This document shows, piece by piece, positions 46,210 through 57,023 of a stretch of 64,000 nucleotides of DNA (the first letter of the stretch is position 1; every line of letters begins with the position of its first letter). Source of the stretch: an uncultured Candidatus Saccharibacteria bacterium (GTDB taxonomy: Bacteria; Patescibacteriota; Dojkabacteria; B142; OLB20). Both the position numbers and the translations under genes were made by a program. The stretch spans positions 26,211 through 90,210 of the forward strand of contig CAYWVD010000001.1 of NCBI GenBank assembly GCA_964461915.1, read 5' to 3'. The notes under the pieces are model-generated. The model was not told where the DNA came from, made no database searches, and saw only the letters and a program-made list of their open reading frames with translations.

Positions 46210-49200
46210 ATGTTCAAGCCCGTAAACCAAAAGGAAGATTTTTCTTCGCTGGAATTAACAATAACTAAGTTTTGGAAAAACAATAATATTTTTGAGAAAT
46301 CGATTAACCAGAGAAGTATTGCCAATAAATATGTTTTCTATGATGGCCCACCATTCATAACCGGGATGCCTCATTATGGTTCGCTATTGCCATCAATTGC
46401 GAAAGATGTAATCCCAAGATATCAAACAATGCGAGGTAAAAGGTGCGAGAGAGTTTGGGGCTGGGATTGTCATGGGCTTCCAATCGAAACTAAAGTCGAA
46501 AAAGCTTTAAACATCAAAAATCGCCGTGAGATTGAACAATATGGCATCCAAAAATTTGTGGATGAATGTTATCGCTATACAAGGAACACTTCCGCTGATT
46601 GGAAGTGGTATGTCGATAGAATCGGAAGATGGGTAGATTTTGATAATAGTTACAAGACTATGGATCAAGACTATATGGAGAGCGTCATTTACAATTTTAA
46701 AAAGCTTTATGATGGTGGGAAGGTTTACGAGGGTGTTCGTACTTCTTTGTTCTGCACAAGATGTTCAACGCCAATCTCGAACTTTGAGATAGCTATGGAT
46801 AATTCGTACGCTGAGATGGATGACCCTGCTGTGACTATTAAATTCCCTGTAGTTAGTGAAGGTAAGTTTAAAGGCTCTAATCTATTAGCTTGGACGACTA
46901 CTCCTTGGACATTGCCATCAAATAAGGCACTAGTACTTGATCCTAAAGAATCGTATGTATTGGCCAAAGTCCAAAAACTTGATATTGAGCTCGAAAAAGC
47001 ATGGTTAGTAATAGAAGCTCCAAAGGATTTGAATAAGATGAAAAGGGAGAATATCACTCAAGCGTACCTTAAAGACTATAAAGATAATTCGGGATTGAAC
47101 TTTAAACATGCAAGAATCCGAAAGGTCGATAGTGTTCATACACTTACTCTAAAATTTTTTGCTGGAGATACAACCGAAACCGGTCAATTAATCGAGAAAA
47201 CTGAAGTAATTTCAAAAGAAAGATATATCGAACTTATAAAGCAGGCAACAAGCAAGGTTGTTAAGATAAGATACTCGATCCCTTTAGAGGGTGGATTAAT
47301 CGCTCAGCTTGATGAATACCAGAATAACTTAAAGGGCTTAATGGTTGTCGAAGTTGAGTTCCCAAGTTTAAATTCTGAAAAGAACTTTAATATTCCTGTA
47401 TGGTTTGGAAAAGAAGTCACTGACTGCACAGGTATCTATCCTCCGGTTATTGCTGATCTTTCGCTTGAAGAAGTTAATAAATTGAATGAAGAATTTGTTC
47501 AACCTCCACATAATTACGAGGATCATGTTTTAAACGAATTTGTAATTCTAGCAAAAAAACGACTTGAATTTGTGATGGGGCGATTAGATTATTCAATCGA
47601 AGATACTTTTTTGGGTAAAGAGTTAATCGGATTAAAATACGATCCACCTTTCAAATACTTTACAGCAACTGATATCGAGCACAAGGTCTATGAATTCAAA
47701 GATATGGTGACTATGGATGATGGAACGGGTATAGTACATTCCGCACCCGGATTCGGTGATATTGATACCGATATGGGTAAGCATTATGGCTTAGGTATTG
47801 CCATGAGTATTAATGACGAGGGTAAATATTTTGATTTCATTACCGATTACAAGGGAAAATATGTAAAAGATGCTGATCCTTTCATCATTGAAGATCTAAA
47901 AAAGATGAACAGGCTCTTTAAATCGGAGAGAATCACACATAGGTATCCATTCTGCTATAGATGCGGAACTCCACTACTCCAAAAAGCCCAACCATCGTGG
48001 TTTATTGATGTACAGAATTTAAAGCCAAATCTTCAAAAAAACAATAAAAATATTAATTGGGTTCCAAAACATTTAAAGGAAGGTCGTTTTAAAAAAGGAA
48101 TCGAAACTGCACCAGATTGGTGCGTAAGTAGAACTCGTTACTGGGCTTCACCTATGCCCGTATGGCAAAGAATTGAGAATGGAAAAGTTGTTGAAAGAGT
48201 AGTTTATGGATCACGAGATGAAATACGAGAAAATGCAATGCAACCAATTACAAAGGTTGTATTCCTAAGACAGTCGCTTGAAAATTCCGAAAAGATTCTA
48301 GAATTAAATACTTCTTTCAAAGAGACAGAATTTGATAATTTCTTCTATGCAACAACGCTAGAGGGAAGTCCATTTTTAAGTAAGTTCGTGATAAATACCA
48401 AAGAGGTGAAAAGTGGCCTTGGATCTTTAGGTAACCCCGAAATGCATCAAGAATTCATAAATATTCAGACTAGGTTATTAAAAGAACACGATCAAAGTAG
48501 TTTGGGAGATCTAAGCGAAGAAGTTTTGACTATAGGCTTTAAAAGAATGATTGAATTCTACAAAACAGAATTCGATAAACTATTAAATGAAAAGGCTGGA
48601 AAACTAATTTTAGCTTTAACTCACGCTGAAGTTATTGTATTCATAAGGCATCTCTATGAAGGACGCAGTTTAAAAGAAAGTTTTTCTTTAAATATTGAAA
48701 CTTTCAAAGCAATAAACATGTATTTTAATGGTGTCGACTTAATGGATCTTCATAGGCCCAAGATAGACGCAATTACTATCAAAGGTAAGACTGGTATATT
48801 AAATAGGGTCCCCGAAGTATTGGATGTATGGATGGATTCGGCTTCAATGCCTTATGCCAGTAAGCATTATCCTTTTGAAGGCAAAGAAGATTTTGAAAAT
48901 AACTTCCCTGCAGATTTTGTAATCGAATACATTGCACAAACTAGAGCATGGTTCTATGTAATGCATGTTTTGGGGACAGCGCTTTTTGATTCAAATCCAT
49001 TTAAAAATGTAGTAACAACTGGTGTTATCTTTGGAACGGATGGAAGGAAAATGAGCAAAAGCTATGGCAATTATCCTGATCCCAAAATCATTTTGGAGAA
49101 ATACGGCGCAGAACCTTTAAGGCTTTACTTGATGGGCTCTCCTGTAATGGTCGGTGAAGATATCAATTTGGATGAAAATGGAATTAAAGATCAAATACGA

Positions 49201-50193
49201 AATTTTGTTTTACCTTTGTGGAATTGCTATTCCTTTTTTGTGACTTATGCCAATCTGCATGAATACAAGTATGAAGGCCTGGCAATTGATAACGCCCTAG
49301 ATAAATGGCTAATTGAGAGATTCCAATCTGCTTTAAAACAAATAGTTAAAAATTATGAAGAATATAATCTTCCCGGCGTAGTAAAGGAATATCTATTGTT
49401 TATAGACGACCTTTCAAGATGGTATATAAGGAGATCCAGAGATCGTTTTGCTTCTGGCGATAAATCTGCATTGTCTACTCTGTATTTTGTTTTGATAGAA
49501 TTTTCGAAAGCAATTGCCCCTATGGTTCCATTTTTGAGTGAAGAAATTTATCAGAATTTAATATCAAATGACGATGTCACAAAAGCAGAATCTGTGCATC
49601 TTTGTGATTTCCCAAAGATCGAAGAACAAAGTAAAGATGGTCAAGTTTTACTTGATCAAATGAATGTTGTTAGGGAGGTTGTTAATCTTGGACAATCAAT
49701 TCGAGCGCAAAAAGGCATAAAAGTAAGACAGGCTTTATCAAGCATCTCAATAAAATCTGATGCCGATTCGAAAATGTCGATCGACTGGGTCGAAAATTTA
49801 ATAAAAGAAGAATTAAATGTAAAAGAAGTTAAATGGGTTTCGGCGTTACACGAAGATGACAAAAATCCTCAAATCAAATCTGAGGTTACAGATATAGAGG
49901 TTGCTCTTGACACCAATATCACTGAAGAATTACGAAACGAAGGTATTATCAGAGAATTTATTCGCTTAGTGCAAGATCAAAGAAAGCAAATGAAATTAAT
50001 CATTGGCGAAGAAATCGAGATAGAATTTTCGATTAGTGATAATATAATTAAAGATATATTATTATCGAATATTGATACCCTAAAAAAGGCTTTATCAGCA
50101 TCAGAGATCACTTTCGAAGAATCAATAGATGATAAAGATGCTGTCGCAAAAGTAATTAATGGGAAAAATATTATTATTAATATTGAAAAATAA
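46210..50193 (+). CDS. ileS: Isoleucyl-tRNA synthetase (type 2-like) with large lineage-specific insertions
   Basis: FYDGPPFITGMPHYGS (HIGH-region variant), GWDCHGLPIE, KMSKS (KMSKSYGN), and a C-terminal anticodon-binding region. 1327 aa, versus roughly 1050 for typical IleRS. Confidence 0.85.
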   Translation: MFKPVNQKEDFSSLELTITKFWKNNNIFEKSINQRSIANKYVFYDGPPFITGMPHYGSLLPSIAKDVIPRYQTMRGKRCERVWGWDCHGLPIETKVEKALNIKNRREIEQYGIQKFVDECYRYTRNTSADWKWYVDRIGRWVDFDNSYKTMDQDYMESVIYNFKKLYDGGKVYEGVRTSLFCTRCSTPISNFEIAMDNSYAEMDDPAVTIKFPVVSEGKFKGSNLLAWTTTPWTLPSNKALVLDPKESYVLAKVQKLDIELEKAWLVIEAPKDLNKMKRENITQAYLKDYKDNSGLNFKHARIRKVDSVHTLTLKFFAGDTTETGQLIEKTEVISKERYIELIKQATSKVVKIRYSIPLEGGLIAQLDEYQNNLKGLMVVEVEFPSLNSEKNFNIPVWFGKEVTDCTGIYPPVIADLSLEEVNKLNEEFVQPPHNYEDHVLNEFVILAKKRLEFVMGRLDYSIEDTFLGKELIGLKYDPPFKYFTATDIEHKVYEFKDMVTMDDGTGIVHSAPGFGDIDTDMGKHYGLGIAMSINDEGKYFDFITDYKGKYVKDADPFIIEDLKKMNRLFKSERITHRYPFCYRCGTPLLQKAQPSWFIDVQNLKPNLQKNNKNINWVPKHLKEGRFKKGIETAPDWCVSRTRYWASPMPVWQRIENGKVVERVVYGSRDEIRENAMQPITKVVFLRQSLENSEKILELNTSFKETEFDNFFYATTLEGSPFLSKFVINTKEVKSGLGSLGNPEMHQEFINIQTRLLKEHDQSSLGDLSEEVLTIGFKRMIEFYKTEFDKLLNEKAGKLILALTHAEVIVFIRHLYEGRSLKESFSLNIETFKAINMYFNGVDLMDLHRPKIDAITIKGKTGILNRVPEVLDVWMDSASMPYASKHYPFEGKEDFENNFPADFVIEYIAQTRAWFYVMHVLGTALFDSNPFKNVVTTGVIFGTDGRKMSKSYGNYPDPKIILEKYGAEPLRLYLMGSPVMVGEDINLDENGIKDQIRNFVLPLWNCYSFFVTYANLHEYKYEGLAIDNALDKWLIERFQSALKQIVKNYEEYNLPGVVKEYLLFIDDLSRWYIRRSRDRFASGDKSALSTLYFVLIEFSKAIAPMVPFLSEEIYQNLISNDDVTKAESVHLCDFPKIEEQSKDGQVLLDQMNVVREVVNLGQSIRAQKGIKVRQALSSISIKSDADSKMSIDWVENLIKEELNVKEVKWVSALHEDDKNPQIKSEVTDIEVALDTNITEELRNEGIIREFIRLVQDQRKQMKLIIGEEIEIEFSISDNIIKDILLSNIDTLKKALSASEITFEESIDDKDAVAKVINGKNIIINIEK

Positions 50194-50204
50194 TTCTTTA
50201 AAAA

Positions 50205-50819
50205 ATGGAAAAATCTGTTGAAAAAGACCTTGTAACGGATGTTTTAGAGTCATTTGTAATTACAATGGCTTTTTCGATCTTGATCTTTTTCACGATAATT
50301 GCTCCTAATCAAGTTGATGGAGAATCAATGGAGCCAACCTTTCATAACGAAGACAAATTAATCACCAATAAGGTCAGCCAGTGGCTGGGATCAACAGAAG
50401 TCGGTAAATCAATGGGCCTTGAATATGATAGGGGAGATATCGTCGTATTTTCACTAGGTGACAGAGATTTGGTAAAAAGAGTCATAGCAAAAGGTGGGGA
50501 TAAAATCAAAATCCAAAATGGTTCGGTCTATGTTAACGGAAACCTATTACAAGAAAAATATTTAACCGAAGGTTTATTAACTAGAACTTATATCGGTCCC
50601 TTTTCATTCATATCCGAAGGCCAGGAGCTTACAGTACCCAATGACCATTTTTTTGTAATGGGTGATAATCGGGGAAATAGTAAAGATTCTAGATTTTCAG
50701 AAGTTGGCTTTGTAAGCAGAGATCAAGTTAGAGGCCGAGTTGTATTTAAATATTGGCCACTTTCGGAAATACATGCAGTCACTAAAGGTGATTTTGTTGA
50801 GGTTGCTCCAACAAACTAA
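50205..50819 (+). CDS. lepB: Signal peptidase I (S26), paralog 1
   Basis: Box B GESMEPTF (Ser), box D KRVIAKGGD (Lys), box E GDNRGNSKDSR. N-terminal TM anchor. Confidence 0.85.
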   Translation: MEKSVEKDLVTDVLESFVITMAFSILIFFTIIAPNQVDGESMEPTFHNEDKLITNKVSQWLGSTEVGKSMGLEYDRGDIVVFSLGDRDLVKRVIAKGGDKIKIQNGSVYVNGNLLQEKYLTEGLLTRTYIGPFSFISEGQELTVPNDHFFVMGDNRGNSKDSRFSEVGFVSRDQVRGRVVFKYWPLSEIHAVTKGDFVEVAPTN

Positions 50820-50853
50820 TACAATGTTAATAATATTTTTTTAATAAAATTGT

Positions 50854-51483
50854 ATGTCTGATAATCCATTTATTCATACTGCAGAACCTAAAAAATCAAA
50901 TGTTTTCAAACAGATTTTTGAGGCTCTAGTTATTGCTATTACGGTAAATGTTGTAATCTACTTTTTGTTCATTATCCCTAGTCAGGTTGATGGACCATCG
51001 ATGTTGCCAAATTTAGTAGATAAAGAACTTCTTTTTGCTAATAAAACTCCGACTTGGTTTAATTCTAATACAGAGCTTCTTAAAAAGTTCAATTGGGATT
51101 ATGAGAGAGGCGATGTCGTAATATTTGATTTTGAGAATATTGTTTTAGTAAAAAGGATTATTGCAAAACCTGGTGATGAGATATATTTTGAAGGGGGTGA
51201 TGTCTTTGTAAATGGCAAAAAGCTATACGAAACTTACTTACCGGTTGATACAAAAACATATTTACCTCAGGCTCAAATTAGATTCTTAGATGAAGGCCAA
51301 AAGCTTATCGTCCCCGAAGATAATTTTATCGTCCTTGGTGATAACAGGTCTCAATCAAAAGATTCAAGATATCAAGAAGTCGGGCTTGTTAAAAGGGAAA
51401 TGCTTAAAGGAATTATTTTCTTTAGATTCTGGCCACTAAATAAATTGGGAGCAATCCCAAGAGGTGCTTATAAAGAGCAATAA
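50854..51483 (+). CDS. lepB: Signal peptidase I (S26), paralog 2
   Basis: GPSMLPN, KRIIAKPGD, GDNRSQSKDSR. Tandem duplicate of the preceding gene. Confidence 0.85.
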   Translation: MSDNPFIHTAEPKKSNVFKQIFEALVIAITVNVVIYFLFIIPSQVDGPSMLPNLVDKELLFANKTPTWFNSNTELLKKFNWDYERGDVVIFDFENIVLVKRIIAKPGDEIYFEGGDVFVNGKKLYETYLPVDTKTYLPQAQIRFLDEGQKLIVPEDNFIVLGDNRSQSKDSRYQEVGLVKREMLKGIIFFRFWPLNKLGAIPRGAYKEQ

Positions 51484-51498
51484 TAGATCTAAATAGAT

Positions 51499-53325
51499 TT
51501 ATTCAGCTCTAATTATCCAATCTGTAATGTTTGTGAATCGTTTTTCGATGGCATTATTGCCTTTTAAAGAGATGTTTGTAATTCTTTTATTTACAATATA
51601 AACATCCTCGGGGTGAAAAAGGAATACTACGGGGACTTCTTCTGCTATTATAGCTTGAAAATCTTCATATTTTTTCTTTCTTGTCTTTTCATCAACGAGC
51701 CTTCGCGCGTCATTTAGATCATCATCAACTGCTGGCACTTTGACGGTTTTCCCTTCAACAACTTGAGTCCTTTTTGATTCAGAAACATAGGACGAAATGT
51801 TTAATCCTGGATGAGATTTTTGACTACTATGAAAAAGTTCATATCTATCTGGATCTATCAATGTTTGAACACCATAGAACAGAAGGTCGAAATTTCGAGG
51901 GATAATATATTCTTCCACAGAAACCTGTAAAGTTACTTTGTTCAGATTGATTTCAATTCCAATTAATGCAAGTTGCTTTTTTAAATTCTCAGCCATAACA
52001 GCTCTATCATAATTATCGACATAGGTTAAGTTGAAGCTTAAACGAGCATTATCTTTGATTCTAATACCGTCTTCTGCTTTAATGTATCCGGCTTTTTCAA
52101 GAAGTTCTTCTGCCTTAACTAAGTTATATGAATATTTTTCTTCTTTAGAAAAAGCGAAGGATGTTTTTGGGATTGGACCAACTGCCACTTCCCCAAAATT
52201 ATCAATAGTTGAAAGTAATTCATCCTTATTAAGAGCTGAACTTATTGCCTGCCTTACGCTGACATTCTTTAATGCTGCGGGGCCGGTTTCGGATAAATTA
52301 AAAAATAAGCCCCAGAACTGGTTATACATAACATCTGAATTCATAATCTTGAGATTTGAATTGTTTTCAAGTTTTTTTGCAGAACTTACAGAAATACCGG
52401 CTAAAGAATGAATCTGTCCGTGGGATAATGCTTCGAGGGCTTTCTCTTCATTTGTGAAAAATTTAAATCTAATTTTATTAATTTTTGATTCATCGTTTTG
52501 GTAGTAGGGATTCTTAATTAAATCGATATAATCGGGAGTTGCTAATGAAAGCATATATGGACCCGATCCAACAGGGTTTCTATTAATAAATGGATCGGCT
52601 AAAGCTATGTTCTCAGGAGTCAAATCCCCAATTAAATGGGCAGGTAATATCTTAAAAGAAATAGCTTCATAAAAGTTTGGAATTACATTATCTTCGGTAA
52701 CTCTGAATTCAAAAACCAGTGGATCAGATTCGGATGGAATTACCTCAAGTTTATTTGCCGCTTTTGAATAAATATTACTAAGCTGTGCGTTAGACTCAAG
52801 GCTTTTAACTAAATTAAATGTCTGGACAACATCATTAGCAGTAATTGGTGTGCCATCGGACCAATATATATCAGGTTTTAATTTAAATTGATACCTTTTA
52901 CCAATTTCAAGTCTAAAAAAGTCAGCTAGAACAGGTTTTGGATTGCCCTTCTCATCAACATTAATAAGGCTTTGATAGACTAGTTCGGAAATGTCTTTTT
53001 CTAGCTGTATATTAGTCGAGATTATTGGATTGATCCTATTTATTTGGATAGGATTCCCTAAATCATCGGCTCCAGTAATTATACCCTCAATAACAGTATC
53101 TTCTTCTATACTCAAAAAGGCATAGATATTTGTATTGATCTGTAATATAACCAAAAGAAGAATACTAATACTTGCAATAAAATGGCTGAAGGGGATAGAT
53201 TCTGAGTAAAAACTTCTGAAAGATCTAACTAATGAGTCTCTGCCAAAAAAAACTCGATCAGGATAAGTCCAAAAGGACTTTCGAAATTGATAAAATAACC
53301 TTAAAAGATTGCTAAAAATCTTCAA
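51499..53325 (-). CDS. ABC transporter substrate-binding protein, family 5 (oligopeptide/nickel type), membrane-anchored
   Basis: 608 aa with an N-terminal TM/signal region and SBP_bac_5-like length. No cognate permease or ATPase genes adjacent. Confidence 0.65.
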   Translation of the reverse strand: MKIFSNLLRLFYQFRKSFWTYPDRVFFGRDSLVRSFRSFYSESIPFSHFIASISILLLVILQINTNIYAFLSIEEDTVIEGIITGADDLGNPIQINRINPIISTNIQLEKDISELVYQSLINVDEKGNPKPVLADFFRLEIGKRYQFKLKPDIYWSDGTPITANDVVQTFNLVKSLESNAQLSNIYSKAANKLEVIPSESDPLVFEFRVTEDNVIPNFYEAISFKILPAHLIGDLTPENIALADPFINRNPVGSGPYMLSLATPDYIDLIKNPYYQNDESKINKIRFKFFTNEEKALEALSHGQIHSLAGISVSSAKKLENNSNLKIMNSDVMYNQFWGLFFNLSETGPAALKNVSVRQAISSALNKDELLSTIDNFGEVAVGPIPKTSFAFSKEEKYSYNLVKAEELLEKAGYIKAEDGIRIKDNARLSFNLTYVDNYDRAVMAENLKKQLALIGIEINLNKVTLQVSVEEYIIPRNFDLLFYGVQTLIDPDRYELFHSSQKSHPGLNISSYVSESKRTQVVEGKTVKVPAVDDDLNDARRLVDEKTRKKKYEDFQAIIAEEVPVVFLFHPEDVYIVNKRITNISLKGNNAIEKRFTNITDWIIRAE

Positions 53326-53326
53326 T

Positions 53327-53563
53327 TTATCTATTAGCGCTTAAAATAGCAATGGCAAGGCCATTGACGACAAATACTACAATTAAAATAATAGTGAGAT
53401 TATAGAAAAGTTTTTCAGCTCCTCTTTTTGATCTGTAGCTTTCACCACCGGCACTTCCAAACATTGTACCGAGTCCAGCACCTTGTTGTTGCAAAAGGAT
53501 TGCAATAACTAGCACAATACTGATAATGATTTCGGTGATATTTAAAAAATTATGCCAATCCAT
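53327..53563 (-). CDS. secG: Preprotein translocase subunit SecG
   Basis: Two TM helices flank LLQQQGAGLGTMFGSAGGESYRSKRG (SecG Gly-rich loop). 78 aa. Confidence 0.75.
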   Translation of the reverse strand: MDWHNFLNITEIIISIVLVIAILLQQQGAGLGTMFGSAGGESYRSKRGAEKLFYNLTIILIVVFVVNGLAIAILSANR

Positions 53564-53580
53564 AAAAATCTTTTTAAAAA

Positions 53581-53991
53581 TTATTTAACTTGCTTATTCA
53601 GAATTATACTACATAAATTCAAAATCACTGAACTAAATAGAAAAATTGAGTTTATATCATTCAATTGAATAAGAGTAGGTATTTTAACAAAAATCAGATC
53701 AGAATTGCCAATAACAGTAGGGTAAAATTGGATTAGATTCGAAAAATATGTATTTAGCAAGTAGAAATAACCAAAGGTTAATGCAATTCCAAGTGCAACA
53801 AATAATGCGGAAATTTTCGGAAGTTTAAAAAAACCTAAAATAAAAGGTATTAAAGCGATTATGAATGCAAAACCTAAGCCCATATAAAACTTGCCGGCCT
53901 GCATTGAAGGGAAGCTCAAATTGGCTAGGAGATCGATAAAAATCCAAAAAATTGCGAAATTAATAAAAAAATGTAAGATTTTTTTTCTCAT
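53581..53991 (-). CDS. Hypothetical small membrane protein (4 TM)
   Basis: Hydrophobic 136-aa ORF with no recognisable motif. Confidence 0.35.
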   Translation of the reverse strand: MRKKILHFFINFAIFWIFIDLLANLSFPSMQAGKFYMGLGFAFIIALIPFILGFFKLPKISALFVALGIALTFGYFYLLNTYFSNLIQFYPTVIGNSDLIFVKIPTLIQLNDINSIFLFSSVILNLCSIILNKQVK

Positions 53992-54019
53992 AATTAAAGT
54001 TTAGCAGTTTTAAGTTTGA

Positions 54020-54730
54020 TTAATCAACAATAACACTACCTTTATATTCCTTATCCAATAAAAAGTTTTCAACATTTTGGATATCCCATCCGCTCATGAT
54101 TATCATCTTTAATTTATTCTCTTTGGCCATTTTTGAGGCGATTGGATCGACCGGGAAATTCCCACCCGGAGGGTGTTTGCTTGGATTCCCAATAATTTCC
54201 ATGTATTCATCCCAATTTAATTGATTAATTGGAGTGGCTTCAGGAAAAAATTTTGGATCGGCAGTGTAAATATAGTCAATATTCTTTAGACTCAAAATAT
54301 AATCGGCGTTTGATTTTAAAGCAACTCTAACAGCATCGACATCTCCGCTATGGCCGGGTCTTCCGCCACCGCCGGCTTTTATGGATTTTTCGATATTGAT
54401 TGGGCCTTCTTGGTAATAATCTTCAAATTTAATTATTTCTTCATCAGCAAATTCACTGAAGAAAGCTCTGAAAATTTGTGCGTGTAAAACATTGACAGTC
54501 GTCCCGATCCAATGCAGGTCGTTATCTTTTGTAATTCCTGCTTCTCTAGCTTGATCACGATACATTCTCATAAGACTTCCACCCCCAAGAATAAAAAAGA
54601 ATTTATAGCCCTTATCAAAAAGTGGAAGTAGTATCTTTTTCAGATCTTTTAAATAATTGAAGTCGAATAATTTTTCGTTTGATGGTGAGACTAAAGATCC
54701 TCCGAGCTTTACTACTATGGTCTTTGACAT
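54020..54730 (-). CDS. pyrH: UMP kinase, archaeal-type (amino-acid kinase family)
   Basis: VVKLGGS, ILGGGS, GGGGRPGHSGDVDAVRVA, and YTADPK. The pattern and the roughly 236-aa length match archaeal-type PyrH rather than bacterial PyrH. Confidence 0.65.
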   Translation of the reverse strand: MSKTIVVKLGGSLVSPSNEKLFDFNYLKDLKKILLPLFDKGYKFFFILGGGSLMRMYRDQAREAGITKDNDLHWIGTTVNVLHAQIFRAFFSEFADEEIIKFEDYYQEGPINIEKSIKAGGGGRPGHSGDVDAVRVALKSNADYILSLKNIDYIYTADPKFFPEATPINQLNWDEYMEIIGNPSKHPPGGNFPVDPIASKMAKENKLKMIIMSGWDIQNVENFLLDKEYKGSVIVD

Positions 54731-54764
54731 TTTTAATAATTAATAAATATAAATAAACACTATT

Positions 54765-56975
54765 CTAAATCTTAGCAACTTTCTTTAGATAATCGATAGC
54801 GATATCTTCCCAATCAAAATCTTTATTGAACTTTCTAACCAGAGATTCGATTTCGTTTAATTTAGTAGGATTACTCAATAGATTTGATATTGCATTAGCT
54901 AAAGTTTCGGGATTATTATCGGGTAATTTGTCTAAAAAGTTAATATCAGAGAATATATACGAATCAGTAATTAATAAAGGCCTTTTTGATGCTAAGCAAT
55001 ATTTTACAGCTCCGCTAGCGCCTTCTTTAAGTTCGGCGTAGGGTAGTATTAATAAATCAGCTGATTGCAAAAGCTTAATAATAACCGGAGTTTCTAGAAA
55101 ATCAGTAAATAATACAACATTATTTTCCATTTTTTCGCTTTTAATGAATTCAACAATCTTATTGTAATAAGCTTTCGAGGTTGAATTCTCCGGATTAATA
55201 GCAGTAATTAATAACAATATGATGTCTGGAAAGTCCTTTTTCAATAAAGATACCGCTTTTGTTAATTCCAAGAAGCCTTTTTTGTCATGGATCATACCGT
55301 GAGTGGCAATCACTTTCCTTTGTTTAAATCCAAATTCACTTTTTAGGAATGTTGAATTTGAATCCGGGAAATTAGGTAGTCCATGCTTTACTATTTTAAC
55401 ATTATCAATAATTCCTAAAGTGATCAGAAACTCTCTTTCAGACTCTGAATGAACAAAGATTAAATTTACTTTTTTTAGAGATGGCACAATTTGACTAAAA
55501 CCCTCATTCATAGAATGGATCGTAAGCAAAACTTTCACATTGTTTTTCAAAAGGGACTCGATTGTTTCAGAAAGTTTTGCGGGAGAGTAATAAGAGCTAT
55601 TGTATTGAATGTGAGCATAATCCGAATTGTTTTTAACAATTTGTTCGACTGTTTTATCTAAATTGATCCCGGTTGTTTGCCATGTTCTTGATAAAAACCC
55701 TGGATCCTTTTCTAAACTTTTTGAAATATCAATGTTTGCAAAAACTTTAAAATCCTTAAAGTTTTTAATTACTTTTGGATAAAGATCTTGGCTATAAGTG
55801 GCTATACCGCATTGAGAATTGTACCTTGTTAAAATTGAGATTTTTTTATCTTTCAAACTTGCAAGGGTCTGCACTTCTTCGACAAAGTCCAGCATATTCT
55901 TTGAAACTTTTTCCCAAGTCAATTCATCAATAAGTTTTTTTGCATTCTCAGCTTTTTCAAGGATCTCTTTTGATCCTGGATTTTCGTAAATCAATCTCAA
56001 AAACTTTTTTAATTCCAGAATATTCGGCTCTGCCATTAAAGATCCGGGGATATTCAAATGCGACTTACTTGGCATTAATTTATAATTAAGCATAAAAGCA
56101 TTCGAATCGTTCGCAAAATCTATTTGCCCGCTATAGTTTGTCGTTATAGTGGGCTTCCCTAAAGCCAGAGCTTCGGCAATTGGCAAACCAAAGCCTTCCG
56201 CACGGGTTGGGTATACATGAAGATCGCACGAATCTATTAAGTACTTTAATTCACCATCCGACATGTCGGGATTCATAATAACTTCCACTTCCGGGGCATT
56301 GGCAGATCTATTTGAAATCATCTGCAAAGTCTTTTTATCAATACTTAGATTTGGGAACATCTTCAAAATTAAAACGACATCGTCTTTTTTTGTAAATGTT
56401 TCAAAGTATGCCTTCACTAAGATATCCAGGCCTTTTCTGTATTGACCGGAACTATTATGGAAAATCCTGAATTTTGCCTTTGATTTAATTGGATACTCTA
56501 GGCTTTCAGCAAAAGGGATATCTAAGCCATGCCCAATATTTCGCATGGCAATATTAATTCCGCTTCTTCTAAAAACCTGCTTTACATGATTTGAAATAGT
56601 CGCAATAGCATGAAGGTTTTCGTTACATTCTTTGACTAGCTTTTCAGGATAAATACTTTCTTCCCAAGCAATATAGCCAATCTTTACACTACCTTTTAAT
56701 TTTGTAAGGCCGTAATTGGAGAAGATACTCTTTGGAAAGTTATAAAAAATTACAATATCATCATCAAAGTTCTTGTCAGTAGTTAGAGTTCTTAAAAATG
56801 GATATTTGGCATAGGTGTTTTTATCTGGAAGTTTATCAGTAAATTCAGGATTGGAATAAAGTTTGACTTCGTATTTTCCATGAGTGATCTTAGATAGGTT
56901 AAATGCTAGGCTCCTATTTACTTTGGCAATTGAGTATTCGCTTGCAAATGGTCCTACTATTAAAATTCTTTTCAT
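54765..56975 (-). CDS. Tandem double GT4 (GT-B) glycosyltransferase, 736 aa
   Basis: Two consecutive GT1/GT4-like halves, each with an E-x7-E-type C-domain (…EGFGLPIAEALALGKP… and …EGASGAVKYCLASKRP…). Confidence 0.7.
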   Translation of the reverse strand: MKRILIVGPFASEYSIAKVNRSLAFNLSKITHGKYEVKLYSNPEFTDKLPDKNTYAKYPFLRTLTTDKNFDDDIVIFYNFPKSIFSNYGLTKLKGSVKIGYIAWEESIYPEKLVKECNENLHAIATISNHVKQVFRRSGINIAMRNIGHGLDIPFAESLEYPIKSKAKFRIFHNSSGQYRKGLDILVKAYFETFTKKDDVVLILKMFPNLSIDKKTLQMISNRSANAPEVEVIMNPDMSDGELKYLIDSCDLHVYPTRAEGFGLPIAEALALGKPTITTNYSGQIDFANDSNAFMLNYKLMPSKSHLNIPGSLMAEPNILELKKFLRLIYENPGSKEILEKAENAKKLIDELTWEKVSKNMLDFVEEVQTLASLKDKKISILTRYNSQCGIATYSQDLYPKVIKNFKDFKVFANIDISKSLEKDPGFLSRTWQTTGINLDKTVEQIVKNNSDYAHIQYNSSYYSPAKLSETIESLLKNNVKVLLTIHSMNEGFSQIVPSLKKVNLIFVHSESEREFLITLGIIDNVKIVKHGLPNFPDSNSTFLKSEFGFKQRKVIATHGMIHDKKGFLELTKAVSLLKKDFPDIILLLITAINPENSTSKAYYNKIVEFIKSEKMENNVVLFTDFLETPVIIKLLQSADLLILPYAELKEGASGAVKYCLASKRPLLITDSYIFSDINFLDKLPDNNPETLANAISNLLSNPTKLNEIESLVRKFNKDFDWEDIAIDYLKKVAKI

Positions 56976-57023
56976 GTATGATGTATTATTGATTTAACCT
57001 ATTATAAGTATCATAATTAAACA

